The translations under genes and the position numbers were made by a program. A DNA stretch of 64,000 nt from an uncultured Acidimicrobiia bacterium (GTDB taxonomy: Bacteria > Acidobacteriota > Terriglobia > Versatilivoradales > Versatilivoraceae), in the NCBI GenBank assembly GCA_963786955.1, contig CAWBAT010000004.1:192001-256000 (forward strand). The letters are read 5' to 3'. The notes under the pieces were generated by a model, which saw only the letters and a list, made by a program, of their open reading frames with translations, searched no databases and was not told where the DNA came from. Below are positions 11,170-22,394 of the stretch, piece by piece (the first letter of the stretch is position 1; every line of letters starts with the position of its first letter).

Positions 11170-11559
11170 ATGATTAATAAAATAAAAGAAGATCCTCATC
11201 CACCAGAGTTTTACAAAGGGTTGGAATTATTTAATCGAGAGTTCTATTTCGAATGTCATGATGTTTGGGAAGAGATTTGGGGAGATGCCAAGGGCAAGAA
11301 TAAGATTTTCTACCAGGCCCTCATCATGAGCGCGGTATCGCTCTACCACTTCGGCAACGAGAACCTGGTCGGGGCGCTGAGCTGCTACCAAAAAGCACTG
11401 CATCAGTTCAACCAACTGCCAGACCATTTTCTACGGCTGGATATCAGGGCATTCGTCGCAAGTCTTTCCGAATTCTATCGAGGGATATCCGCCAACGAGA
11501 CTCGGTTCACAGAAGAGATACTCAGAACACCCCGCCCCAGGATTGTCCTGGAGAAATAG
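11170..11559 (+). CDS. DUF309 family protein
   Basis: GLELFNREFYFECHDVWEEIW...FYQALI. Confidence 0.9.
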   Translation: MINKIKEDPHPPEFYKGLELFNREFYFECHDVWEEIWGDAKGKNKIFYQALIMSAVSLYHFGNENLVGALSCYQKALHQFNQLPDHFLRLDIRAFVASLSEFYRGISANETRFTEEILRTPRPRIVLEK

Positions 11560-11769
11560 ATGAATTGTCGTTCGGCTATGCGCGGGATAGAAAAAGATCT
11601 AGGCCGCTTGGTAGCAGGCGGGACGCCTGCACCACAAGGTTGTGGTGCGGGCCTCTGGCCTGCATGAAAAGCGCAAATACTAGCCGCACGATACCAGCCC
11701 ACGACAAACGCAGACTGCACGTTTGTCGTGGCTACCAAAGATTTCAGTAATCAACCAAGGAATTACGAT

Positions 11770-14739
11770 TCACGGCTTGTTGGCTAAGAGCGCTGTCCAG
11801 TTCTGCACCAGGGTGAGCGGAGTGTTGCCATTCACTTCTTGGATGGGCACGGCGAACCGCTTACCATCCGGGGTCACGTCATAGAGCCCAACCCCTTGCG
11901 GTAGTTTGAAGAGAACCTGCTCCTTCCAGGCTTCAAAGCTATTGCCCCTCCCGTCAACTGCTACTGCCATCATCTGTTTGTCCCCCCCAGGATAAAAGAT
12001 TTCCTTGCCGTTCCCTCGCCACCTGGCAAGAGTGCCCCCGCTGGCTGAAATTCGCCATCTGCCGGCGAGTTCGATTGCAGCCCCTGAGGCAGTACTCAAA
12101 ACCTTGGTCGCGTCGAACGGCACAACGTAAATCTCGCCTTCGCCAGATTCATGTGAGGTATAAGCCACCCAGCGGCCGTCGGGAGAGAACTGCCCGTCAT
12201 AGGCGTGTTGGACAAACAGGCGCGGTTTTCGGTCGCCGTCGAGAGGCAGAACCCAGACTTCTTGTTGTAATGGGGTAAAGGGGGGTTCCGCGCGCACGTA
12301 TAGGATGAACCTGCCATCGGGAGACCAACTTGTAGGCCATATCGTCTGATCTGAGGTCCCCTGCGCCAGCACAAGCTCCATGCCACCCCCCCCGTTCGAA
12401 TTCATCTGGTAAATGCCCCGAGCCTTGGGAGAGAGCAAACGGAACAGAATCCGGCTTCCGTCTGGCGACCAGGTCATATGTTTGTGTTCTGCCTCGGGAT
12501 CGTTGGTGAGGGGCATAGGGAAGCCGCGGGCCAATTGTTCCACCCAGATATCTGAGCCTGTCTTACCTCCCAGGAACGCGAGCTTTGCCCCATCAGGCGA
12601 GACTCGCAGAGTGCCTGAATATCCCACCGCTTCGCCGGAACCTAGTTCTTTGCCGCCCCGGTCAAACCAGGTAATTCGTCTTTGTCTTAGTAAGTCACCC
12701 GCCTGATAAATCAGCACACCGTTTTCCGATACACTAAAGAAGCCGATGCCATATGAATCCAAAGCGATCCGTTCCGCAACTGGGTGAGCATCCCCCTTGA
12801 GCTGCCCCCGCTCCGGATCGAAAGCTTGCGCCATCAGTGTCTTTTCGAGAACATAGAACAGATACCCCGAGCCATAGGTAACATTGGGTACTTCTCCCTT
12901 CAGCAGGAGCCGATTTTCTTTTCCGTCCAGGGAGGTAAAATAGGTTCTGCTAGACGCAGTGTCAAGAGCGTGAGCGTGATAGAGGAAATGCTTTCCATCG
13001 GGCAGAAATCTCGGCCCAGAACAACCCTCATATTTGGATTTGTCCACTTCAAGAACGGGGACCGGGGCGCCACCTGAGGCCGCCATCTGGTACAGGCCTT
13101 TGCTGCTATCTGGCACAAACAGGAGAGTCTCCTCGCGGTTCCAGCTTCCTCCACCATAATCTGGGACATCTGCCACGATTCTGGCGGGACCACCTGATAG
13201 CTCAATAGTCTTCAGCTTCCCGTCGGCGTTGAACCCGAGCTTCCGGCCGTTTGGCGACCAGAACGGCAGAGTCCCTCGCTCCGTTCCCGCCAGGGGCTTG
13301 GCAGCGAGTGAGTCAAAGGAACGAATCCAAAGCAGTGTCTTTCCGTTCGCATCTTTGGCAGAGAATACTACAGCGGTTCCATCTGGAGAGAGCACAGGTA
13401 GGCCGCCATAATCGAAGCCGAAATTGAATTGGGTTTTCTCCGGTGGCGGTATTTCAGAGATGATGGCACGCGCCGGAGTTCGGACCACCCACAGGAAAGC
13501 CCAAGCACCGACGATCACAGCAATAAGTAAAGCGGCTACCAGCCCCCAGGCTAGTCTCTCACGGCTCCGCGTGGGAGCGATGGGCTTCAGACCTGCTGCG
13601 GTTGCGGGAAGCGCTCCACCGGCCTCAGCAATCCACCGCAGTTCGCTGGTCAGGTCGCGAGCCGTTTGCCAACGCTCATCAGGGTCCTTGTTCATACACT
13701 TCTTGACCAAGCGTTCCAAGGCCGGTGGGGTCAGCGGTTGAATCTTGGTGATGGGCGGGGGCTCAGAGGTCAGGATAGACGCAGCGAGGCTGGCTTTGCT
13801 GTCTCCTGCAAAGGCTTTTTGCCCTGTTGCCATCTCATACATGACCACACCGAAGGCAAAGATGTCGGTCCGGGCATCTATCTCCTTCCCCTCCACCTGC
13901 TCGGGCGCCATGTATTCCAAGGTTCCTAGAATCAGGCCTTCTTCGGTTAGGCTCTCGCTTTCGGGAAGGTAGGGCGCGCTCGCTGAGCGCGCCGTATCAC
14001 CATCGTTCGCTACTCCTTCGTGGGACGGCGGTTTCGGCGAAACCGCCCTACCTGACTTCGCCAGCCCAAAATCCAGCAGCTTCGCTCCTGTCTTCGTCAG
14101 CATGATGTTGCCCGGCTTCAGATCTCTGTGGACGACACCCTTGCGATGGGCTTGGTCCAGCGCCCCGGCGATTTCGATGGCAATCCTGAGAAGTTGCTCA
14201 GTGGGCAGGGGACCCTTCTTCAGCCGCTGTGCCAGCGTCTCTCCTTCCAGGTACTCCATCACCAGATAATCAAATCCCTCTGCTTGCCCAATGTCATACA
14301 GCGTGCAAATATGTGGATGATTCAAATTCGAAATGGCCTTTGCTTCCCGCTCAAAGCGTTTCCGCAAATCCGGCCGCAAAGATAAGTGCGAGGAAAGAAC
14401 CTTAACAGCGACAGTCCGATTGAGTCGTGTGTCGGTAGCTCGATATACTTCTCCCATGCCTCCTGCGCCCAACAGAGAAACAATCTTGTAGGCGCCAATC
14501 TGTCGGCCGAGCATGGAACGCGCCATATCTCCGGCAAGTCCCTGGGCCGCCACCTGGAGCACATGCTTGTCAATGAAAGGTGCCGCCAGGGTGTCATACC
14601 CCAGCAATGATTCCACTTCCCGCTGCAGCCCGTCATCACCGGAACAAGCCTCCCTGATGAAAGCGGTCCTCTCGCTTCCGCTTCGCTCCAGAGCCGAGTG
14701 GTAAATGGTCTCGATATCTTTCCAACGATCGGAAGACAT
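11770..14739 (-). CDS. Hanks-type Ser/Thr kinase, one hydrophobic segment, C-terminal TolB/PD40 beta-propeller (copy 1)
   Basis: [33 protein letters not shown]; repeated WSPDG motifs. Confidence 0.96.
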   Translation of the reverse strand: MSSDRWKDIETIYHSALERSGSERTAFIREACSGDDGLQREVESLLGYDTLAAPFIDKHVLQVAAQGLAGDMARSMLGRQIGAYKIVSLLGAGGMGEVYRATDTRLNRTVAVKVLSSHLSLRPDLRKRFEREAKAISNLNHPHICTLYDIGQAEGFDYLVMEYLEGETLAQRLKKGPLPTEQLLRIAIEIAGALDQAHRKGVVHRDLKPGNIMLTKTGAKLLDFGLAKSGRAVSPKPPSHEGVANDGDTARSASAPYLPESESLTEEGLILGTLEYMAPEQVEGKEIDARTDIFAFGVVMYEMATGQKAFAGDSKASLAASILTSEPPPITKIQPLTPPALERLVKKCMNKDPDERWQTARDLTSELRWIAEAGGALPATAAGLKPIAPTRSRERLAWGLVAALLIAVIVGAWAFLWVVRTPARAIISEIPPPEKTQFNFGFDYGGLPVLSPDGTAVVFSAKDANGKTLLWIRSFDSLAAKPLAGTERGTLPFWSPNGRKLGFNADGKLKTIELSGGPARIVADVPDYGGGSWNREETLLFVPDSSKGLYQMAASGGAPVPVLEVDKSKYEGCSGPRFLPDGKHFLYHAHALDTASSRTYFTSLDGKENRLLLKGEVPNVTYGSGYLFYVLEKTLMAQAFDPERGQLKGDAHPVAERIALDSYGIGFFSVSENGVLIYQAGDLLRQRRITWFDRGGKELGSGEAVGYSGTLRVSPDGAKLAFLGGKTGSDIWVEQLARGFPMPLTNDPEAEHKHMTWSPDGSRILFRLLSPKARGIYQMNSNGGGGMELVLAQGTSDQTIWPTSWSPDGRFILYVRAEPPFTPLQQEVWVLPLDGDRKPRLFVQHAYDGQFSPDGRWVAYTSHESGEGEIYVVPFDATKVLSTASGAAIELAGRWRISASGGTLARWRGNGKEIFYPGGDKQMMAVAVDGRGNSFEAWKEQVLFKLPQGVGLYDVTPDGKRFAVPIQEVNGNTPLTLVQNWTALLANKP
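13967..14053. repeat. GTAG-type REP doublet in frame inside the kinase activation loop
   Basis: aggtagggcgcgctcgctgagcgcgcc...ggcggtttcggcgaaaccgccctacct; 87 bp with 10-bp terminal inverted repeat. Confidence 0.8.
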
Positions 14740-14835
14740 AAAAACAGTGATTAGTTGTCAGTGAAAAGTTACCCGCAAGATCAAACTATCCCTTCACTAT
14801 TTCAGTTGATCAATCCGGGTCTTTGCAGCCCAGTT

Positions 14836-15429
14836 TTACCCTTTTTCAGTTTCTTTTGTCTTACGCTCTTCTATTTCCCGCAATAGCCAGGCTTTGGCCA
14901 GCCGCAAATCACGCCGAACCGTTTCGGGGGAAACACTGAGAAACTGGGCCGTCTCCTCTTCGGTCATCCCACCGAAGAACCGCAATTCCACAACCTGGCT
15001 CTTTCTTGCGTCAATTTCTGCCAATGCGTTTAAGGCCTCGTCAAGCAATACAAGGTCAAAATCGGGCTCTTCGGAAATCAGCATGGCTTCATCAAGCGCC
15101 ACCTGTTGCACACCACCCCCGCGTTTGAGGTTATTTCGGGAGCGAGCGAAATCGATCAGGATACGCCGCATCAATCGCGCCGAGACGGCAAAAAAATGCG
15201 CCCTATTCTGCCAGCTCACTTGGCTCAAGTCCACCAGGCGTAGGTACGCTTCATTAACCAGGGCCGTGGTTTGCAAGGTGTGGCCCACGCTTTGCCCGCC
15301 CATGTAGTAATGAGCCAGACGGCTCAACTCCGCATGAACCAGGGGAACAAGCCTGTCGAAGGCTCCCTGGTCTCCCTGGCTCCAGGCGAGCAAGAGCTGG
15401 GTTACCTGCGGAGAGGGGGAATTCACCAT
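14836..15429 (-). CDS. ECF sigma factor, TIGR02999-type kinase-associated group (copy 1)
   Basis: VTQLLLAWSQGD, HTLQTTALVNEAYLRL, VVELRFFGG. Confidence 0.95.
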   Translation of the reverse strand: MVNSPSPQVTQLLLAWSQGDQGAFDRLVPLVHAELSRLAHYYMGGQSVGHTLQTTALVNEAYLRLVDLSQVSWQNRAHFFAVSARLMRRILIDFARSRNNLKRGGGVQQVALDEAMLISEEPDFDLVLLDEALNALAEIDARKSQVVELRFFGGMTEEETAQFLSVSPETVRRDLRLAKAWLLREIEERKTKETEKG

Positions 15430-15640
15430 GAGATCCTCGCTCAAACCCGGATTTCTCACCCGGGGGAAAACGGATACGCCTTGTTTGTGCGGAATGACTT
15501 TAGTCGCGTGGGGAGCCCCGGCCTAGAAGCGGTGTAGGCCGCATGTACTCACGCAACGCTGGTGTTGAGAAACCCGATTTAACTCATTTTCTAAGATTTC
15601 AAGCGAATTATAGCATTTTTTACAGAAATTCGTCAGGACC

Positions 15641-15674
15641 TTTACCGGTTTTGAAGACGTTTCACGTCTTATAG
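15641..15674 (+). promoter_or_regulatory. Putative ECF-dependent promoter, copy 1
   Basis: TTTACCGGTTT-N8-TTT-N2-CGTCTTAT; motif recurs at 17579 and 23707. Confidence 0.65.
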
Positions 15675-15692
15675 AACAAGTGAGAAAACATC

Positions 15693-15854
15693 TTGAGCCG
15701 CAAAGTCGAAGCCTGTGGGCTCACGAAGGAACCGTCTTGACCTTCTGCCGTGGGGATGATCGTTTCGGATGCATTTAATTTTCCTCCCAAGACAGTTGGA
15801 TGCAAGACAAAATTCTCCCATAACAGAGGCGGATCTGCTTCGACGCTGCCTCAA
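15693..15854 (+). ncRNA. Candidate structured RNA leader, copy 1
   Basis: Nested stems ttgag/ctcaa, gtcgaagc/gcttcgac, gtgggga/tctcccat, tgcat/atgca; near-identical copy at 23760. Confidence 0.45.
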
Positions 15855-15909
15855 AAACCTTCACTTAAAGAAGAGAAGAGAGTGAGGCCTCGGAAGAGCC
15901 GTCTAAGGA

Positions 15910-16022
15910 TGATGCTGTTCATATAACCCGTTCATGCTGAGCCTATCGAAGCAAGAGCAGTTCAATTGTTCGCCATTCGAAAAACTAGGTGTGAATGGTT
16001 CTTACGTGACTGAACAGTATTG
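15910..16022. mobile_element. MITE-like element with imperfect TIRs and a degenerate target duplication
   Basis: tgatgctgttca...tgaacagtattg flanked by cgtctaagga/agcctaagga; internal palindrome. Confidence 0.5.
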
Positions 16023-16078
16023 AGCCTAAGGAAGCTTTCGTCGTCTCAACTCCACCACGTCATTGAGGAGAGAAAATC

Positions 16079-17362
16079 ATGAAAGAAAGCCCATGCACCT
16101 GGAGAATCAAATTCCTGACGATTTCCGTGGCTCTGTCATTCGCAGCGATTCCGGTACTGTTGGCTTATTCTGTTGGGCCTCCCGCCCGGAAGACGGGCTC
16201 TTCCCGTTTTGGAGAGAATAGCTGCACCGAGTGCCATACGGGCACAGCCAATTCAGGCAGTGGGAGTTTGGAGTTGAGTGGGGTACCCAATAGTTATGTC
16301 CCCGGTCAGAAATACAATATCCGCGTCACTCTTCAGCAGGAAGGCCGCAGCCGTTGGGGATTTGAATTGGCTACCCGGACGGACAATGGGGCGCAGGCTG
16401 GGCAGTTGGAAGCGGGGGCTGATGGGTATACCCAGATTATTACGGATAACGGAGTGCAGTTCATCGAGCATACGTCAACAGGCACTCGGGCCGGTACCGC
16501 CAATGGGCCGGTGAATTTTGATTTTGCCTGGACGGCTCCGACAATCAACGTTGGAGAGATCTACTTCAGTGTAGCCGGAAACGCCGCCAACAATAACGGT
16601 GATGCCGATAGTGGTGACTCTATCTATACGAAGGAAGAGCGCGTCGATCAAACATCCGGCTCAACTGTGAGCCCCTCCTCTAACGCGTTGATCGTTCCCT
16701 TCGTGATCGATACGGCGCAATTTCGAACCAATCTTGGAATGAGCAACCTGACTTCTAATCCCGTTGATGTATCAGTAGAGCTTGTGGAAGAGAGTGGTAC
16801 TTCTCTTGCGACCAAATCATTCAGCGTCCCCGCCAGTGGACTCAATCAGGTTGGGAATGTCGTGAGGAACCTCTTGGATGCGACCTCGGTTGCCAATAAG
16901 CAAGGCTACCTTATCCTGGAACCCTCCGCTGCGGGATCGATTGCGGCCTTCGCAACTCCAATTGACAACTCCACCCAGGATTCTTCCGTGATCCAAGGCA
17001 CGCGCGGGAAGTCGACCAAAGTGGTGCTTCCCACCTCCACGTCTACAGGTCGCTTCAAGACGACGTTGACCATGATCAACGACAGCAGTGCATCCAACTC
17101 GGTCGAAATTGAGCTTTACAGCACCAGCGGAGCCAGCCTGAAGACTCAGACGGTCACGCTCGCGCCCTTCGGGTCCTTCAGCACGGATGACATCCATGCA
17201 TTCCTGGGTGCGTCAGGAACTTTCGGTCCGATTGAGCTGACCTCGACAGGTGCAAATCCAAAACCGATAATTGCCATCTCTCGAGTCTATGCGGCATTGA
17301 CCACCTCAGATGGAAAGATCGGAACAGTCAGTTCCTTCTTTGTTGCAGAACCGGTTCAATAG
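16079..17362 (+). CDS. Secreted Reeler/choice-of-anchor V-like protein with a CXXCH motif and two beta-rich repeat domains
   Basis: Signal peptide, SCTECHTG, YVPGQKY, GFEL, FAWTAP, GNAANN; FRTNLG and FKTTLT repeats. Confidence 0.75.
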   Translation: MKESPCTWRIKFLTISVALSFAAIPVLLAYSVGPPARKTGSSRFGENSCTECHTGTANSGSGSLELSGVPNSYVPGQKYNIRVTLQQEGRSRWGFELATRTDNGAQAGQLEAGADGYTQIITDNGVQFIEHTSTGTRAGTANGPVNFDFAWTAPTINVGEIYFSVAGNAANNNGDADSGDSIYTKEERVDQTSGSTVSPSSNALIVPFVIDTAQFRTNLGMSNLTSNPVDVSVELVEESGTSLATKSFSVPASGLNQVGNVVRNLLDATSVANKQGYLILEPSAAGSIAAFATPIDNSTQDSSVIQGTRGKSTKVVLPTSTSTGRFKTTLTMINDSSASNSVEIELYSTSGASLKTQTVTLAPFGSFSTDDIHAFLGASGTFGPIELTSTGANPKPIIAISRVYAALTTSDGKIGTVSSFFVAEPVQ

Positions 17363-17578
17363 GGAGTAATGCAGAGTTCACCCTAGGGACCGGTCTTCTC
17401 TCCACGTCCTCCGAATCACAGTTCGTGCTTCGATAAACTCAGCACGAACTGTGACGCGGGTGAGACTGCCGCTGGACGAGGCCGGTCCCCCCGATTGAAT
17501 ATTGTGCCTGTTTTCTAACACACCCATTTTATCACTAAAAGGCTGACAGAGAGATCATCGAAAAAAAATTTGGCTGGC

Positions 17579-17612
17579 TTTACCGGTTTTGCCCGTCTTT
17601 TCCGCCTTATAG
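17579..17612 (+). promoter_or_regulatory. Putative ECF-dependent promoter, copy 2
   Basis: tttaccggttttgcccgtcttttccgccttatag. Confidence 0.65.
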
Positions 17613-17790
17613 ATTGAAGCGGAAAAACTGCCACTGAGAGTAAGGCCGACCAGCTCAGGATTAAAAGTCCCAACTCATTCGGCCTAAATCAGTTGTGGGA
17701 AGACGTTGGAGACATTGCCAACGCCACTTCTATAAAACTTGGCAAGCGGCTAGCTTCGGCCGTAGCCTCAAGGGAAAAAAGGAGAATCGC

Positions 17791-18264
17791 ATGAAATTCA
17801 CTCTCAAGAATCGTACATTCCAAATACTGGTTGCTGTGTGTGCGAGTGCCGTGCTTGCCACTACTGCCTTTGCATTTGCAACTATGTGGACCTATCAAGG
17901 GACTGTTGCGGACTACGACTTCGGAGCATTTGGACCCGGTTATCCAGTACCTGGGACTGTTCAGATTCAAGCACTTACCTTGAAACCAGGGGATGTGGTG
18001 CCGTACCATTTCCACCAGAGTCTGTCATATGTGATTCTGGCTCATGGTAATGTGACCGAACAAGAGTTAGACGGACCCAACAACTGCGGACCGATCAACC
18101 TATTTGCTGCTGGAAGCGCGTTCGTGGAAACCCCAGGAAGGATTCATTCAATAACGAATCCTGGTCCAGGAGCTGCGATAATCTATTGGGCAACTATATT
18201 TCCCAAAGACGATCCGGATGGAGGCACCAAGTTTGTCGACCCGCAACCGAATTGCAGCAATTGA
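17791..18264 (+). CDS. Secreted cupin-domain protein
   Basis: Signal peptide, LKPGDVVPYHFH, GSAFVETPGRIH; GGAG ribosome-binding site. Confidence 0.85.
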   Translation: MKFTLKNRTFQILVAVCASAVLATTAFAFATMWTYQGTVADYDFGAFGPGYPVPGTVQIQALTLKPGDVVPYHFHQSLSYVILAHGNVTEQELDGPNNCGPINLFAAGSAFVETPGRIHSITNPGPGAAIIYWATIFPKDDPDGGTKFVDPQPNCSN

Positions 18265-18679
18265 CGTGTAGCCACTTAGAGACTCCGGGGGGTAGCTCTT
18301 CGAATCGCCGGACGGTGACTCGAAGAATGGCTTACCGCCCCGGAGCTCACTGGGAACCTGAGCGATGGTTCGTATTCGAGAACGCAGATCTCCCCCGTTT
18401 GGATCGGAATTCCTGGTAGCCAGAATCAGAACGGGGCTATCGGCACCTTTTTGCCCGTCGCTCGTCAGTACGTTCACAACATCGCCTTCAAACACATTGT
18501 TCCGCGTTGACCCGTACACTGTGAAGAAGTGACGAAATTAGTCGACTTGGTGCGCGTGGGGTCAGTCATGGGGCTGGCCATCGATGGGGTGGCAAATTCT
18601 TTGGCGCCGACTGGGTGCCGCATTCTTCGATCTATTCGCTTGATTTGGATACCGGGTTGGCCACCCCGATCCTGAATAA

Positions 18680-19090
18680 GGGCAACCTCGTCATTAGGCC
18701 AGGTTCTGCGGACTAAGTACTTCTATTCGTAATTACGGTGACGTATCTGAGATTAGGCGCCGCGTGGGGTCACGCGGCCTACAAAGTTGTAGGCCGGGTC
18801 ACCGACCCGGCGTTAACGTCACCGTATTTATGAAAAGCAGTACTAAGCCACCGGCAAGCCAAAATACCACTCGGCTCACTTTCCTGGGTGAACATCGCGC
18901 GCGTCTCTTGTCGAGCAAAGGCCGTGGCTGAGGGCGGGGGATGAGGGCACCCTCATCCCCTTCAGAAAGTCAGTTCCACCAACATAAAACCGTCTCAGGC
19001 AGCCGCCACACGCTGCACTGGGCGGTAGAGTGTATCTCTTTCAACGGGATCGCGTCCCGCTATCCGGATCAGATGTTCGATTTCCTGATG
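18680..19090. repeat. Diverged direct repeat of 24548-24823, including a duplicate mqnE 3' end (about 18995-19095, minus strand)
   Basis: Encodes GNLVIRPGSAD* on + and EIEHLIRIAGRDPVERDTLYRPVQRVAAA* on -. Confidence 0.88.
18718..18842. mobile_element. MITE with 27-bp imperfect TIRs, CTAAG on both flanks and an internal GTAG REP pair
   Basis: Absent from the paralogous site at 24580; the same end recurs at 63539-63570. Confidence 0.75.
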
Positions 19091-19156
19091 GATCATGCCA
19101 AGTGTCATCTGTGTCTGGGCAGATGCGATCCGCCCGATTAACTAAGGCATTTGGAT

Positions 19157-22135
19157 TCACGGCTTGTTGGCTAAGAGCGCGGTCCAGTTCTGCACCAAGG
19201 TGAGCGGCGTGTTGGATTGTGACCTTTTGGGTGATAATGACGAACCGCTTCCCATCCGGGGTCACTTCATACTGGGAATTACCCCAGTCTGCTACCTTGA
19301 AGAGAGCCTGCTCCTTCCGTGCTTCAAAGCTATTACCACTCCCGTCAACTTCCGCTGCCATCATCTGATCTGGCTTCTGCCGAGGTAAAAGATTTCCTTG
19401 CCGTCCCCTCGCCACCTGGGGCACCAGCCCCACTGGTCGAAATCTGCCATTTGCCGCCCAGGTTGGTTACGGCCCCGGGGTCTGTATTCAAAACCTTAGT
19501 GGCGTCGAACGGCACAACGTAAATCTGAAATTTGCCGGATTCCACGGAGGTATACGCCACCCATCGGCCGTCAGGAGAGAATTGCCCATCAAAGGCGTTT
19601 TGGACAAAGAGCCGGGGTTTGCGGTCGCCGGCGAGAGGCAGGACCCAGAATATTGTATTGCCCGGTTAGGAGGTATCCGCGCACGAAGAGGATGAACCTG
19701 CCATCCGGAGACCAGCTCGTGGGCCATAACGATCGGACGGAGGTCTCCGCCGGCAGCAGCAGCTCCTCGCCGCCTGCCCCGTTGGAATTCTTCTGGTAAA
19801 TGCCCAACCGAGCCTTGCCCGCGACTGCAGCGAACAGAATCTGGCTTCCGTCCGGCGACCAGACCGGGGCCGTAGTCAGTCCCAGGATCTGTTTGTGAGG
19901 CGCATGTGGACACCCCGCGCCAATTCGTCCACCCAGATATCACTGCTCGATCACTTGCGTCGAATGCGAGCTTTGCCCCATCAGGCGAGAGTCGCAAGAT
20001 CTCATAGCTCCCACTTTCACCAGCACTCAGCTCTTTACCGGCGCGGTCAAACCAGGTTATTCGTTTCTCTTCTTGCGAATCACCCCCCTGATAAATCAGC
20101 ACGCCGTTTTCGGATACATCAAAGAAGCCGCGACCAAAATAATCCGAAGCGACCCGTTCCGCGACTGGGTGAGCATCCCCCTTGAGTTGCCCCCGCTCCG
20201 GATCGAAAGCTTGCGCCATCAGTGTCCTGTCGCGAAGGTAGAGCAGGAAGCCCGAGGCATACGTGGCGCTGCTGCCTCCCTTAAGCAGGAGTCGATTTTC
20301 TTTTCCGTCCAAGGAGGCAAAATAAGTCCCGCTAGACGCAGGGTCAGGAGCCCATAGCGTAGATAGAGGAAATGCTTTCCATCGGGCAGGAATTTCGGCC
20401 ATAGCGAAATACAAGTATTTGGACGGGTCCAGTTTGAAAACGGGGACCGGGGCGCCGCCTGAGGCCGCCACCTGGTACAGGCCTTTGGTGATGTCTGGCA
20501 CAAACAGGAGGGTTCCCTCGCGGTTCCAGCTTCCTCCCCCATATCTGGCGCATCAGCCACGACTGCGGCGGGTCCACCCGATACCTCAAGGGTCTTCAGC
20601 TTCCCATCGGCAAAGAACCCGAGGGCTCCGGCTGTCCGCCGACCAGAATGGACGAGCTGCCCTCCCTCCGTTCCCGCCAGGGGCCGGGCAGCCAGCGAGT
20701 CAAAGGAACGGACCCAAAGCATGCTCTTTCCGTTCGCATCCATAGCAGAAAAGGCTACAGCTCTTCCATCAGGAGAGAGCACTGGCGGGCCGGCTCCGAG
20801 TGAAAGTTGAACTGAGCTTTTTCCGGTGGCAGTATTTCAGCGATGATGGCACGCGCTGGGGTTCGGACCAGGCGCAGGTAAGAAACAGCGCTGACGATGG
20901 CTGCAACAAGAAAAGCGACGGCCAACGCCCGTACAATCAGCTCACGTCTCCGCCCTCTCGCGATGGACTTCGGTCCGGCAGTTTCTGCTCCTGCCGCCGT
21001 CGCGGAAATCGCTCCACCGGCCTCAGCAATCCACTTCAATTCGCTGGTCAAGTCACGAGCCGTCTGCCAACGCTCCTCAGGATCTTTGCTCAGGCATCTC
21101 TTGACCACAGCGCTCCAAGGCCGGTGGAGTCAGCGGTTGAATCTTGGTGATGGGCGGGGGATCAGAGGTCAGGATAGCCGCTGCTAGGCTAGCCTTGCTG
21201 TCTCCTGCAAAGGCTTTTCGCCCTGTTCCCATTTCATATAGGACCACACCGAAGGCAAAGATGTCGGTCCGCGCATCTATCTCCTTCCCCTCCACCTGCT
21301 CGGGCGCCATGTATTCCAGCGTCCCTAGAATCAGGCCTTCTTCGGTCAGGCTTTCGCTTTCGGGAAGGTAGGGCGCGCTCGCTGAGCGCGCCGTGTCACC
21401 ATCGTTCGCTACTCCTTCGTAAGACGGCGGTTTCGGCGAAACCGCCCTACCTGACTTCGCCAGCCCAAAATCCAGCAGCTTGGCACCGCTCTTGGTCAGC
21501 ATGATGTTGCCCGGCTTCAGATCTCTGTGGACGACACCCTTTCGATGGGCCTGGTCCAAGGCCGTGGCGATTTCGATGGCAATCTTGAGAAGTTGCTCAG
21601 TGGGTAGAGGCCCCTTCTTCAGCCGCTTTGCCAGCGTCTCTCCTTCCAGGTACTCCATCACCAGATAATCAAATCCCTCCGCCTGTCCAATGTCATGGAG
21701 CGTGCAGATATGCGGATGATTCAGATTCGAGATGGCCTTAGCCTCTCGTTCAAAGCGTTTCCGCAAGTCCGGCCGCAGCGACAAGTGCGCGGAAAGAACC
21801 TTAATCGCGACAGCCCGATTGAGCCGCGTGTCGGTGGCCCGATACACCTCTCCCATCCCGCCCGCACCGATCCGAGCAACAATCTGGTAATGCCCAAGCT
21901 GTTTCCCGATAAGAGACTTTCGCTCTGCAGCCAGGTTCTCCGCGCCGATTTGAAGTGCCGACCTATCAATAAACCCATCCGCTCGGGCTTCATAAGCCAG
22001 CAATGATTCCACCTCACGACGCAGCTCCTCGTCTCCCTGGCAGGCTTGTTCGAGGAAGGACGGACGCTCCTCTTCCGCCACCTCTAAGGCTGCAACATAA
22101 ATCCGGCTAATGATTTCTAAACGGTTGGAAGCCAT
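19157..22135 (-). pseudogene. Ser/Thr kinase-propeller protein, copy 2, with many frameshifts after the kinase core
   Basis: Kinase near-identical to copy 1; propeller split over ORFs at 21108, 20782, 20501, 19807, 19560 and 19433; same LLANKP end. Confidence 0.85.
21366..21452. repeat. In-frame REP doublet in the activation loop of kinase copy 2
   Basis: Near-identical to 13967-14053. Confidence 0.8.
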
Positions 22136-22394
22136 AAGTACCGCGACGCATGTTAAGTGACATCTTCACAAACAAGAACTCGCGGAATCCTTCGCACTTT
22201 GAAGGTCTGCGGGGTCTGGAACACTGCACAGCCATGCCGCACACTCCACACTTCAAGCTCTGGATTGCCCTATTTCTCTTTAATGCCGGGAACTAGGAAT
22301 GACACCCATTATACAACAATGCCGGGCATGTTGCGGGGAATTAAGACAGGCTAACGATCGAAGATCCTCATCCATTGATCTCCCTGTGTGCAAT

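Noticed and set aside
18148-18519. 123-aa minus-strand ORF
   Set aside because: Overlaps the cupin gene and has no recognisable motif; at most a gene remnant
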